A stretch of DNA of 36,731 nt from Perkinsus chesapeaki ATCC PRA-425 (GCA_013115145.1 JAAPAO010000360.1:1-36731), one strand, 5' to 3'. Positions 22,676 to 36,731 are shown, counted from the first letter of the stretch. Notes: a model not told the origin generated them from the sequence alone. Made by a program: numbers and translations.

Positions 22676-24643
22676 GCCCATAAACCTTATAAATCTACCT
22701 ATTATTACTTCAACGGCTAGTTTTTATTTAGCTTTTATTATCCGTTGATAGCAAGTCGTCTTATGATGCCATCGGCATCCGATACCGGGTATGGTATTAT
22801 CGAATTATTTTATTGTCGTAGTATCAGAGCAGTACATTGTTGTCCACGTTGGTGGACAACATCTATTTGAGTTTGCCTCCCATTTGTGGGTAGAATGCTC
22901 ATATGGATATGTGTTGAAGAGTGAGCATATGGCTAGCCGAAGTCCTCCAAGAGATTGGCACCTTAGGAATTATCCTTATATCGTCCAGCTTCGTGCGGAT
23001 GACCTACAACTCAATTTTCTATTCAGTCGGCATAGTGTTGATTTCATTAGTGGCATTATGACTAAGCTACTCCCTTTACAGTACTCGAATTGCTACCTGG
23101 AACACTTATTCATCCGAGGCATTAGTGATGCTGCATTACGAAAGTCACACCCCGCCGAGGGATTCCCGTGATATCACCCTGATAGGCGGGACGTCATGTT
23201 GATACGAAAACTATACGACTGTAGTAAACTAAGCTTGTGCCCCTCAGTATGCCATTTCATCGACGTGGCTCGTCCTCTTGGGCTTGTCCTGACGCCATAC
23301 TCACATTCGAAGCTGTTTTGACTAGGTCAAGTTCCAAGATTGTTTCGCTAGGACTGATCCTCCGAGTTTTACTGGGACCGAATAACTCGGACGAATTCCA
23401 ATGTGAACATTGGGAACTTGCGATCACAAGACTGCATTGCACTGTCTTCTCCATCAGGAGTTCTCACAACAGTGAATCACCGTTGTGAGAACTCCTCATC
23501 TCATCATCTTATACGAGCTCTTTTATTTAGGAGACTATAGGTCTCGGGCTTCCTGCTACTCGGGTTCCAGGCCATCGGATGACACCTCTCTATTTCTCGT
23601 TTTTCGAAGAGTTCGATCCAACGGTTGTCGATGACAACTTGTCATTGCGTCCGTTATATGACACTATCCGATTCGGCCGATTCCTCCAATATGGTGGCAG
23701 CTGTGGGGTCCTCCCTGACGCTTTTAGGGAAGGATTACTCACCTGCCCATTATTGCATCGTTTTAGCGTTGTTAAAGCCTCTGTTGTTGCAGCAGGCTAT
23801 GGAACTGCGGCCGCTGAGGGCATCAAGGTGGTTAGTCTTGTCTCGAAAATTTCTCGGAGAAAGCTCTTCCGATCTCTATTGAATGGGCACCAATATAAAG
23901 TCCACATCAATCCTATTTCATAAGCCCGTCAGCGTAATCGTCGGTACTCGAGTTTTCCTGTATTACAAATCATGAGCCAGCATGAGCAGGAGGACCCACA
24001 TTGTAAGGTTCCCTTATCAAAGGTCCATGACCTTTGCCGGGATTCGCAACTCGACCTTCGAGTCAGAGATTTTGCTTACTATTCTCACAGCTTCTCTCCA
24101 TCGGCTAATAATGAATAAAGACAGACAATTCATTCATCATGAGTGTACACTGTAGACTCTACACGAAGTCAAATTATACTGCACGCTGTACAGTATTATT
24201 CGACTTCCTGTTTAATGTCTATGTAACTTACACAATGTTAGAATATTGCTCGCACTTCGTTCTCACTGAGACCTCCTCAGGGTGATAATAATTGTCACCG
24301 TGACATGCCTTGAAGGCATTGCCTTACGTTCCCGCTTCTCATGTAGCAAGCGTTCATTTTCTGAATGATCACGCCAATCGCCACTATTCTTGTGCCTTAA
24401 GAACTGCACCGAATCTCTGGCCCAAGGCTCTTAGGCAACAGCGACATCAAAAAACTTGTTTGCTCACATTGCCCATAATGCACATCACGTGCAGCACATG
24501 CGTACGAGCTGCTCTAAGCGCCTCAAGAAATGCTGCGGTAAAATCCGCAGCTTATGTGTAGTTTAACGCAAATCACCCCAGTTCTCCCCCAGTAGTTGTG
24601 GCTTCTAAGTAAGCTGTTAAGTAGCCCACCTCACACATCCTAC

Positions 24644-26451
<1,808 letters not shown>

Positions 26452-28521
26452 GGTCACTTGACTTATAGATCGATCTAATATCACTTCAACGGCCCGTGTT
26501 CATTCAACCTTTTATTATCCATTGATAGCAAGTTGTCTTATGATGCCATCGGCATCCGATACCGGGTATGGTATTATCGAATTATTTTATTGTCGTAGTA
26601 TCAGAGCAGTACATAATATCCACGTTGGTGGACAACATCTATTTGAGTTTGCCTCCCATTTGTGGCTAGAATGCTCATATGGATATGTGTTGAAGAGTGA
26701 GCTGAAGTGGCTTTCATGGTCCCTCAAGAATCATCCCATTTCCGTATATGATCCAGCTTAGTGCCACTATTCCATTTCCCGTTCTATCTACATAGTGTTG
26801 ATTTAATTAGTAGTACTATGAGTCATAGTCTATGACCAACTTGGTCAGACCAGGCTCCTACCCATAGGGTACACTAACTGCTAGCTGTAACATGGATTTA
26901 TTTGAAGGATTGGTGATGACGTTGCATTGTAAAAGTACCATTATAAAGCATCGCATGCAGCGGGGGCGTTCGCGCGCTATCTGGTGTGAGACTCATACTG
27001 TGAGTCATGCCGTAACTATATGACTGTAGTGCACTGAAATTGTGCCCCTCAATGTCCCATTTCATCAACGTGTCTTGAACTTGTCGGACAAGCTCTAATA
27101 TAGCTCTGGCTGTATTATACAGCCTGTATAATATGATGTAATATAATATGACCTGTATAATACAGGTCGAGATAATATGAGAAAAATCGCGGAGTTAAAT
27201 ATCGTAAATTTTAATTCTTAAACCCTCATGCTGCATGAGGCCACGAGGATATTAGCAAGTTACAACCCCCACTTGTTCAAAGGTCGATCTTACCGACACA
27301 AAGTTACCTAGTACTCTTACTTAGCATCAGTGCACCCGTTGGGTGCTACCCAGATTCCAGCGCCGCATACGCATTGTCCGTGTCCAAGACTTGGACTCAT
27401 TGAGGTCAACTAGACTTATTGTAGTTAACAGGGAGTTGCCAAAGGAATAATTATATAAACAAATAGCGATAAGAATTCAGTAGTAGTAGCATTGGGCACT
27501 GTACCACAATCCTTACGATCGTGCAGGCTGTGAATGCATGTACAAGCTTACCCGAAAGTGATCATATCCTGATGATTGGAACTTGTAATTTAGAAGTTCT
27601 AATTTAAAAGTTACAAATTGTAACCTACTTACGCTCTATTATAGCAGCTATAAAACCATAACTAGGATCAAGCCAACCGAATCAATTTTAGATTCTAAAA
27701 TAACTTATTGTTCGTGATGCTGCTGCAATCCGAGCTTCGTCAAGACTCGAACCCGAAGAGTCTCTATGCTGGGTTCAGCAGTTCATTGATCTGCACTGTC
27801 TACCTTTGTGTATGACGTATGAGTCATTGTGGTGCCAGCTTCGTATCATAGCGTTACGCTAGTAGCTTCAATATTATTCATTCATATAAGCAATTACGTT
27901 ATTATTGTAGCTGTTATTATCTTACATCCTTCGTAAGATAGGCTGTGTTCGGTTATAAGTCTCATTAATCATCAAACCGTCATATCTCCGGCGGAGACTT
28001 GTCAATTATGACTCGACTACCGTCAAGAGTTCTTTGGCGGCCATGACAGTCAGTGCAAGGCAGGGCCCTGGAGGAGAGACTTCTGCCGCCGCCCATGAAG
28101 GGTTAAGTGCAGTCTGCAAGTCGCAGATTAACCCTCCTCCTAGTATATTGCCTCTCTCAAGTGAGTTATTGGACGGACGAAACTTTGAGCGGAAACACCC
28201 AGTTCCTCGGGCCGAGTAGAGCTGCTCGAGGATGATCAAAACATAAGACAGGCTGTCTTCCATAAGAGACACGAGGGAGAATGCAAACTGGGCTGGAGAC
28301 TGGTGAGTAAACTCTCTTACCAACACGACCTCCCAACCAATTGTGATATAAAAACTGATTGCATGATATTGATAATTGAAATATTTATGAATGAGTAAAT
28401 AACTTATAGCGGAATACCGCTTCGCGTATCAGGATGGAAGGTACGAAGTTGATCACCTAAAGGAGGTTTTCATCCGAAAAATCATACGTGGTTTTCATCT
28501 ATCACCGTGAGGAGTCTATCA

Positions 28522-31460
28522 CTAAATATACGTATCCTCCGGCAAATCGGAGAACCCACTCGAACCTGAGGAAAACTTGTGAATGTTTTTTTCGAGAAAA
28601 ATTACCTCCACTAGACACAATCATATCTGAACTCTCCGTGAAAAATGATTTTGTCACACCTGACGTGACATCCAGAGCGGTTTCCTCGTCTGCCCTTGAG
28701 CTGGCGACTTCACCAGCCTTGCCTAGCTCGAAATCTCTGGAAGCGCCGCTCCGTCGATACTGAATGATTATTCTTATGACAATACAACAAGCTACAATAA
28801 GCCCTATTAGCGAGGCTGATACCGCGCAGGCCAGTAAAATTGTCAGCGTTGATTTTTCGACTTGTGAATTCTTCGGTAACGGCAAGTATTCACCCAACTC
28901 GTCAGGATATTCAATCAGGCTCGGCATCGCATGACCAACTGATGTGCCTGGACCAAGAGCGATGCCCGCTGCCATTAGGAAGGCTTCCTGGTCAATCAAT
29001 GCCTCCAACATGAGCCGAGGGGTTGTGTTGTTGACCAAAACTTTGATCTCGACAGCTTGAGTGACACTGACATCCGCTTCGCCAATTTGAGTCCGGAAAA
29101 ACGTCTTAATCGCCAAAATGAAGGAGCCTTCCATAACGGACGGCTGCCACATTGGCAATACGATGAGGTATATCGTAGCAGCAATATTCATGACTATATC
29201 AGGGTTTTCTATTATGGGGTTTGATGATTGCAGAAGCTCCATCACTGGTACCTGAAGCAGCGCTGAGCAACGGCGTCGAGCCAGAGAAAAAGAAATATCT
29301 TTCTAGATGCAAACCTCCACACCTGGCAGGAGTTGGATAGTCAGTAACTGTTACCAGTTTCCTTACGAGTTACCTTCGAATTTCACAGACTTACTCTATC
29401 ACCGTGCGTTGTGAATTCAACAAGTCGTGCTGCACGACTCGTGCAACTAAAGCGTTTAACTCGAGCTGACTGCAAGACCACTAGAGTTAACCGTATATGA
29501 ATCTCGACATCGGACGTGAGTTCAACTATGTCCCGATGAAGAGCGATGCCGGCTACAAAATCGGCAGCGGGCAACTGATGTATAATGGTCTACTGCGACC
29601 ACTTCACGAGAGTCCTACTCGGACGTTTGCTCCGTGTCAGGTTCGGACTGCCTGCTCAGGCATGGAGCACGACTATTTTGTAATTAAGGTCGGTATACAT
29701 TTGAAGCTCGTCGTAACTCCCTTACTCCCTTACCACAGCAGGTTCCACTTCTCCCCCGTCGGTCGCTGATACCAGCTCAGTATTCAGACCGCTAAGGTTG
29801 TAGCGAATCAGTTCAACGAGTCTGGCAACCTCAATAGTATCTTCGACATCAAATCGTACTTGACCGCCATATTTAACCCTCATCGTAGTAGGAGCAGTTG
29901 ACACGGCCGTGGTTCCTCGCTTTTTAGTAGGACTATTGTTCCTTTCGCATAAGTGACCACAGTCACAGAGACGGTACCTACTACTAACATTTGGTAATTC
30001 AGATCCAGGCTCAAGCTTCCGCTCAGAGCCTGGATTGGTTGTGAGCTGCGATGGGTAGCCCTCTTAAGGGAATAACATTCCATAGTGTCTTAGTGTCTGG
30101 TGCCACATATCTGTTAGTGAAGCCCTCCGGCAATTCCTATCGACTTGCAACCTATCTTAGCCAACGAAAATGTGCAGTTCGCTATGTGGAAGCTATGAGT
30201 TACATCACAAGAAGAGCAAGTGCCTAACTGAGAGCAAGCTTAGTTGAAACCCGAAAACACCTGGTCACTTTCAGTGAGAAGTGCTCAGTGAGGACGACGT
30301 CTTGCGACCCAAAGTTAGCTAAGTTGAATTAGCCCTTGCAAAGACTGCTGCCATAGACTTGAGTCGACAATGATGAAGAATGTGGATGCGCGGGGCTACA
30401 TATTCTGCCGATGAGTGGGATATTTATGAGTGACTCCGCGAAATTCCGGTAGCTATTTTCAATGCTTGGTGTACTTTCCGTGGTAATTTCACGGGGTAAA
30501 TGTGAGCAAGGCCAACATAAATTGTAAAGCCTTCACATTCACAGGGAGCTTAAAGACCAATATGAAAAAGAATAAATAGTCTTACCCACACTGTTTCAGC
30601 AATCCGTGTTGACACACCTTCGGTTGCCCATCATCAGCATCGCATTTACACCAGCTGCCTTTTCCACATACCCGCACGCAATATCTACATCAAGATCATT
30701 ATGCCCCATGCCCGCCCTCCTCACCTATTGGCCTCATCTTCAGTGTGAGCCAAAATATCGGCCAGTTCTTCGGTCTGAACTAATGCCGGGCAGCTCTCAC
30801 TCACCGGCTGCGGCCACACTGTGGGGCTCTCTGTAGGAGGAGGCGTATCTAAGGTTCAAGCACGCACTTTGTAAATCCATGGCCGCACCAGTCTCCGTTA
30901 TCATCGAGCCTGTAGTAGCTGGAACAGATGCCGTTACCTGAACCATTGTCTGTTCTAAAGCTTAGTGAACAATTACGCGTGTTGTTGTTTGAGTCGTGCT
31001 TGTAGATGACGCTGATGTGGTATGCGTGGAGCTTATTTGTGGAATCGTAGTTGATGGCGAGACAATTTGGATGCAAGACGCCAGCGTCACTTGCTCGCTT
31101 TCTAGAATCCCAGCCCAGTTTGAAAGGGCAACGTGGAGGGCTTCCTGAATAGCATGAAAGTTTCAAGAAACTCGGACAGGAAGTTGAAGACCGAAGTCCG
31201 AAGGTGGTAGAAAATGGAAAGAAGTTTCAGGAATTAAGGTGGTTTGCAATGATTTGTCTCACCTGCAAGTGTCCCTCGCAGATGGGAGTTGTTCCCTCGA
31301 CTACACTAGTCATCACTGTTTTGAGATAAAATCGAACAACCTGGAAACGGTATGGAAAAGTATTGAAGATGACACCTACATGTGAGGTATGGCCTGGAAT
31401 ACCAAGGAGACAGACGAGGAGGAGAATTAAGCGGCTAATGCTTACGGCAGTTGTAATCAT
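28522..31460 (-). CDS. Type I single-pass surface protein (signal peptide, Cys-rich and Thr/Pro-rich ectodomain, TM, acidic tail), multi-exon
   Basis: Signal MITTAVSISRLILLLVCLLGIPG; phase-linked exons DTPPPTESPTVWPQP...EANR|YCVRVCGKGSWCKCDADDGQPKVCQHGLLKQCG; ...GGEVEPAV|LPAADFVAG...HGDR|VPVMELL...; TM TLTILLACAVSASLIGLIVACCIVIRIII then QYRR; a 40-nt intron gives the tail SSGFSDLPEDTYI*. The TM-containing part is solid; linkage of the 5' exons is less certain. Confidence 0.58.
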
Positions 31461-32172
31461 AAGACATTCTCAAGATGCGATACACTGTAGAGCATTCTCG
31501 ACATGACTCTCAATCTCGCACCTCTATGAGTGCAGCTGATGAGTAGTGAGACACTCGGATGGTGTCTCACTACCCTATCAAAACCGTGCAATTTCATCAA
31601 CGTCTCCCGATAGTCTCCCGCCACAGAAGGTAGTCTAGAGTTCATGATGCATTCGAGGGCATTAGATCAGCTCTAAGGGATTTCAAACTACGGACTCAGT
31701 CAATCATCATTGTCAGTGTCAATCATTGAGGGTTTCCCTCATCTTAATTCACCATTCATACTCGACACTTCTCGTGTCAAAGGAGTTTTGCTTCGAGCCG
31801 TTATTCTAGGCCTCAGTTACACACAGCGATCTGGCCGAGATTTCTCGACTATTAGCCGAGGCGAACTTCGCCTGGCTACTTCTCTTCATTTTTATAGGAC
31901 ATTCCCTGCTCGAGGGCGGGCCTGAGCGGGAGGACTCGTATAAAACGATGCCATAAGAACACCAACTGTTACTGACGCAACATGTCAACACTTATACCAG
32001 AAAGAAATTATTGAGTAAATGAAATTGACACTAGCGCAGGCCCCCAGAAGACTGATGATGATTGACCAACACACTAGCTGACTGTGAGAGCTTGTACACA
32101 TCGCTGCAGCGTCACGGCTCCATAAAGCATCGACGACGAAGATAGTGAGGCCATCGATCATCTTCAAGTGGA

Positions 32173-32592
32173 CTACGCAGTCACTTCGAGGCGGATGAAC
32201 GGACCTTTATCGCTACCAAGCGTATAATACTTACAACTGTAATCCTGATACATGAGCAAGTAGTTCCCATTCTTGGAGTCAGTGCAATACTTCAAACGGT
32301 TAATGCAATTGTCGCCTCCTCCGCAATCATCACAAGTGTATTGCCTTCCATCCCAGTTCCACGGGCAATGGCTGCACGTAAACGACACTCCGTCTTTTCT
32401 AGTGAAGTTCACATCCGCGATGAACTGTGGACTGGATTCGTGCTTGATCATGACCTGGTAGGTGGCACCATCCAGGGAGCCTCGGTAGGTACCGACTTTA
32501 TACACGCAGTGACCATGCTGCGTGGTATGCGATGGATGAAGGCAACAGAAGAATAGTATAACAGCCAACTTAATGCTATCGATCGGAGTCAT
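32173..32592 (-). CDS. Small intronless secreted Cys-rich protein (139 aa, 8 Cys in the mature part)
   Basis: MTPIDSIKLAVILFFCCLHPSHTTQHGHCVYKVGTYRG...FTCSHCPWNW...YTCDDCGGGDNC...KYC...YSCKYYTLGSDKGPFIRLEVTA*. A paralogue at 34984-35403 supports coding status. Confidence 0.75.
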   Translation of the reverse strand: MTPIDSIKLAVILFFCCLHPSHTTQHGHCVYKVGTYRGSLDGATYQVMIKHESSPQFIADVNFTRKDGVSFTCSHCPWNWDGRQYTCDDCGGGDNCINRLKYCTDSKNGNYLLMYQDYSCKYYTLGSDKGPFIRLEVTA

Positions 32593-33726
32593 CAGAGTTA
32601 TCACTAACGATATAATAGCCGTATAACAATGAACCAACACTGAAGGAAGAAGTAGTTGTAACAAATCAATCATAGTTTTAGACAGTGAAGTCCATGGACG
32701 CTATGCGGCGCTTCGTGGAGCTTGTTCTACCATGGAGCGGTGGAGAGCCGAGCCCCCACAGTGGCGCATCCTGGCGGCCGGCTGGAAAAGTAGCCACTCT
32801 TTACGGTTATTGGTAGCATGCTGGTGTTTGTAGAGCAGCCGTCGGCTAATTCATGGCACTGAATTCTAATCATCGAGATTCAGATTGGATCCCAAGTCGA
32901 ACAGGGTGACTGATTTATGGCGGTAAATCCCTGAACCGCTCGATCAGCTATTCAAATGATGGACCGCTGCTCAGTTATGAGATTATTGCTGATTACCACT
33001 ACATGCTCAGACGGACCAGATATATGGCTGCTATCACAATACTGGTATGCCGACATTGAGTCCCGTGAGCCGGGCTTAGAGGCTCCCGCGAAGTCCCAAC
33101 GGAAATTCGGTGATGAGCGGGTTTTCTTCAAAAAGCGAACGAGCTTTCATTTCTTGCACATTCCGAGTAGGAAGTAACGATTCTCAACACTTGAAAATAC
33201 AAATACCGTTCACTTCAGCTAGGCCTTAAATTCAGCTGAGGCTTAGATACTTATCAATGTCCAAAAGACATGCGTATCTGAGCCAACTGCAAAGCACCGA
33301 CGCAATCAAGAAAACATATCTTCTCAAAGAGATCTTTTCACATATCTGTGCTGGAGGTGAGAGTTTCAACTTTTTCTTCATATAGGGTTATACCAATTAT
33401 AAGCCTATCATAACCCCAAAGGTCCAGATCGATAATATCCTTGGTTGTTGTGAACTGGTGAAGTCGCACGGAAGTTTCCTCACAAATTCTTAGTATACAG
33501 TTTAAATTTGACCTAAAAATACCTTACTCCAATGGAGAGGTATGTTCGTACGTGTGAGTGTGGCAAAACGGGGTTTACCAAATATCACATGCTTGAACCA
33601 CTAACCCTTGAATTAGCCCTCCAATTAAGCGTAGTGTGCAAGACATTTTGGGAGCTCGGTACTGTTTAAGAAAGGACGTAGAGAGACCGAAGCTAAGTAA
33701 TGAAGCTCATACGGCATGAGTCTTGC

Positions 33727-33811
33727 CTACATGCCAGGCATCACCTGGAATACCAAGGAGCCAAAATAGGAGGAGAAATAAGCGGGTAATGCTCAAGGCT
33801 GTAATAATGAT
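33727..33811 (-). pseudogene. Duplicated signal-peptide exon of the 31460 gene, with start codon changed to ATC
   Basis: IIITALSITRLFLLLFWLLGIPGDAWH versus MITTAVSISRLILLLVCLLGIPGHTSH, with the same |gtagg donor position. Confidence 0.55.
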
Positions 33812-34983
33812 CAGACATTTTCAGGAGGATGCGATACATTGTAGAGCATCGACATGACTCCCAATCGCTTAACATGTGCTAAGAGTGCAGCTGAGGAGTA
33901 GCGAGCGGCTACTTGGAAGGTGAAGTAGTCTATCAAGATAGTGCTGCAACTTGAACGTTTTCCGATAGTTACCTACAGGAGGTCTACACCTTATCCCAGA
34001 CAAGTGTGACAAGTGAGCGCAGAAGTTTGACAAAGCGAGATTCAAGAATATTGGTGTCAAACTTTATCGTACATTTTCAAACTTGCATGTATCATTATCC
34101 TTGAATGTAACAGTTCTTGCCATGTCAAACTTGCTTCCGATAGTGTCAAGCTTGGATCTAACACTTCAGCGGGGTGTAAGCTCGAAGCTAACACGGGCAA
34201 TCTGGGAGGCAGCATCTACGAATGTGTCAAACAAGTGTGGGCGCTGGCACTCTATATCACATTTTAGCTTCATCAAACTCGTTCGTTCCCTTTTTCAAAC
34301 ATAACCGGGATAAGGTATAGAGCTTATGGTGCATTTTCTAAGAACTAACAAGTCCGCTCAGTATCAATCATCATTGATGCTGAAATCGAGGGCCGCTAGT
34401 TTGGGCCTCACTCATCCAGTGAGTCCTCGGCTTACAAGTGGCGAAGCTTTCTTGTAAGCTATATAGGGCATAGATATATTCCTATAGGGCATTTCTTAGG
34501 GCCCGCAGATTCCGTCATACTTTTGGACAAGATTTGCCCTCAGGGCGAGCGTAAGGACTCATATAAAACGAGGAGCAAGAGCCGTCTAATTTAGAGCACG
34601 AATTGTTACTGAAGCAAGCTTGTAATAGTTATAGATAATAGAGATGAATAAATGATAATGGAAATGAGCTAGATCATCATCAAATCATTTGATTCGAATG
34701 GGAGATTTTAGTAGGCTGACATTATTCCCCAATCGAAAGGTTTGATTGGGGATTTAAGGTGACGCTGCGCCAGCGTCTTCAACTGTCGAGCATCAATATG
34801 TAGCTGCTGCTGCTGCTGCTGGCCGAGTAATATTAAGAAATGGGGAGGCTCAAGTGAATATGAATATAGACTATTAGTATGCAGGGTTATTACTAAGTAT
34901 CTCTAAATAACCCTCATAGGCGTCATCAGATAGCATGGAGAACAAGGCCTTTGACGACCGTGGTCGAGGATAACTGTCGACGA

Positions 34984-35403
34984 TCAGGTAATCACTTTGA
35001 GACGAATAATGGGACCCTCATCGCTCCCCAAGGTAGGATCCTGGCATGTGCAGTCCATATACATTAATAAATATTCTGCACCCCCGTAAAAAGTATTAAC
35101 CAACACCTTTTTGAAGCAAGGCTCAAGTGAGTTGCATTATGCAGTGCAGGTATACTGGCGCTCAGCCCAGTGCCAATTCCACGGGCAATTGTTGCATGTG
35201 TAGGAAACACCATCTTTGGTGAAGTTCAAGTCAGCAATGAACTGGGGACTGGACTTTTGGTTAATAATAACCTGGTAGATAATACCGTCTCTAATGCCCT
35301 GGTATGTGCCAATATCAAATACGCAGTGACCATGCAACAATGCAACACCAAGGAAGCAAAGAGATAGTATAACAGCCTTTTCAATGTTACGGATGCGACT
35401 CAT
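34984..35403 (-). pseudogene. Disabled paralogue of the small secreted Cys-rich protein
   Basis: HGHCVFDIGTYQG...SSPQFIADLNFTKDGVSYTCNNCPWNW...YTCTA* has a premature TAA at 35137. After a 1-nt frameshift near 35070 homology resumes as MYMDCTCQDPTLGSDEGPIIRLKVIT*. Confidence 0.82.
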
Positions 35404-35597
35404 GAAAGATGTTGGAGGTAAAGGTATACAACAATAACTTAACGCTGGAGCAAGAGTTCCATAACTTTTGACGAAGTATAAATCCTTTGATTAACTAACT
35501 CCACCTTTATTAGCCTGCTCGATGAGCAATGCTCCAATGGAGGCTCTACTATGGAGCTATGGAGAATGAATCCGTTCCATCAGAAGCTGCCCATCAG

Positions 35598-36384
35598 TGT
35601 GTTAACACGACAATCCAAGTATGTTGGACATCGATTAAAAGGGCGTGCGCCCAGTGCAACATCCTCCCACCCTCCAAATCATGTGGAACTGGGTGCGGAG
35701 TGTCATGTGATTCATCATAAAACATGCATTCAATATTCTGTGCAGTACACAGTAAATATATAAACATTGAGAAAGATAACATAAATAATAAGCATCTCAG
35801 AGATACCATCTCCAAAATAATCATAAGAAGGATATGTATATGTCATGTAGTGTATGATAATAAACATAAGTGATAAGAAGTGAACCTTCGAAGTGTGAGT
35901 AAATTACAAAATCAATAAGAGATAAAAAAGCTTCAGATATGTCAAGACATATTGGAGGTATGGAAAGTGTAATAAAAATGAATACGGAGTGAAGCTTCGT
36001 CATACACTAGTATCTGTGACATCGTCTGATGTAGACGTCCAAGGCTATTATCGTGCTAACCGTATAAACGTGTATATGACGTAAATACGTGATATAGTGA
36101 TATACGTGTGTAACATAAATATGATAAATAACGCTTAATATAATCATCCATCATGAATTAGATGTCAACTTGAGTAGTATGAGACAATGTAAGCATGACA
36201 TAGTCGATATTTGACTGTCAGTGACAGTCTGTCACATATACTTGTAGTCATCATAATCACAATGATATCATCGTCTATGAATTATCATCGTATAGTATCA
36301 TAAGGTGCTTCAGGACTTCATAAAAGGTATAAAACAAATACAAAGAGATTGTACCTGAAAAGGTAACACAAAGCCCTCTTTTTT
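35598..36384 (-). mobile_element. Putative 3' LTR plus polypurine tract of a Ty3/gypsy element
   Basis: Minus-strand PPT AAAAAAGAGGG (36384-36374) is followed by TGTGTTA at 36370. The matching inverted terminus TGTGTTA lies at 35598-35604. An alternative boundary is ~35701, where the AT-rich composition starts. Confidence 0.55.
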
Positions 36385-36509
36385 AGTGGTTTTTAAGGGG
36401 CGTGAATTTTTTTTATCTTTCTTTTGATTTCTTTTGTCTTTCTTTTAATTTCTTTTATCTTTCTTTTAACAGCACATAAAAATCGAATAAAATATAAAAA
36501 ATAAAAGAA

Positions 36510-36731
36510 TCAATCAGTATCAGAATCTCCATCATCAGGTAGAACATCAGTGAAAACACGTTGTTTTAAATTACGGGAATTCTGAACTGTGTTGTTGTTT
36601 AACCGATAACGATTGTTTCCAAGGACTTCTGTGACAACATAAGGTCCAAGGAACTTGGGTGATTGTTTACGTTTATCAGAGTAGTCGTTGCGGATAAAGA
36701 CTTCACTGCCAGTAGTGATAGGGGTTGTAGT
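36510..36731 (-). mobile_element. C-terminus of Ty3/gypsy integrase (GPY/F motif), truncated by the window edge
   Basis: TTTPITTGSEVFIRNDYSDKRKQSPKFLGPYVVTEVLGNNRYRLNNNTVQNSRNLKQRVFTDVLPDDGDSDTD*. G..V....K..PKF.GPY.V......Y.L is the GPY/F module. Confidence 0.85.

Larger units (their letters stand above)
33725..35570. repeat. Diverged tandem segmental duplicate of ~31370-32760
   Basis: Collinear matches: signal exon and upstream flank, ctcagt..caatcatcattg (31695/34357), ggactc.tataaaacga (31932/34555), the secreted-protein gene, and ctac.atggagc..tggaga (32727/35547). Confidence 0.75.

Noticed and set aside
22740-22930. Minus-strand translation SSHKWEANSN faintly like SSPQFIADLN of the 8-Cys family
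   Set aside because: Similarity is too weak and the frames contain stops; it would need a profile search.
21151-23496. TGTGGGAA and TGTGAGAA in the hairpins match the CSL/RBP-J site
   Set aside because: CSL factors are known from animals and fungi, not alveolates, and the orientation is opposite to paired Su(H) sites.
23579-23923. Plus-strand ORF with AAGYGT resembling the papain AVGYG motif
   Set aside because: No preceding His motif, no NSWG, and no visible nucleotide similarity to the three cathepsin copies.
28006-28326. 106-aa minus-strand ORF (and overlapping plus ORF)
   Set aside because: No motif, paralogue or convincing splice linkage; the TM gene appears to stop at 28522.
33901-33912. 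Exact 12-nt reverse complement of the minisatellite core
   Set aside because: Short enough to occur by chance given the many satellite k-mers.
34845-35130. GGCTCAAG matches (about 34847, 35119 and 30005) resembling the dinoflagellate/Perkinsus spliced-leader 3' end
   Set aside because: Only 8 nt match, and the upstream CCGTAGCCAT(C/T)TT part is absent.

Overview
Intron-rich eukaryotic DNA from an alveolate, probably a Perkinsus-like parasite (inference: apicomplexan-style Vps26 termini, many 37-56 nt GT-AG introns). The left ~17 kb is a compact core-gene block: VPS26, a caspase/paracaspase-fold gene with both catalytic residues replaced, an ankyrin gene, a CUE-domain gene, a sugar-phosphate translocator and the meiotic gene HOP2. 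Several of its introns carry ~10-bp-phased A/T tracts and a shared ~19-nt motif. The right ~19 kb looks accessory: 49-bp and 38-bp minisatellites, a three-copy cathepsin L array (a prodomain-only copy, a 3' fragment and an intact gene), TA-flanked MITE-like inverted repeats, a type I membrane protein, a duplicated block with small intronless 8-Cys secreted proteins, and the 3' end of a Ty3/gypsy LTR element. Best leads are the dead caspase-like protein and the prodomain-only cathepsin, a candidate inhibitor. All exon models were assembled by eye and no database searches were run.
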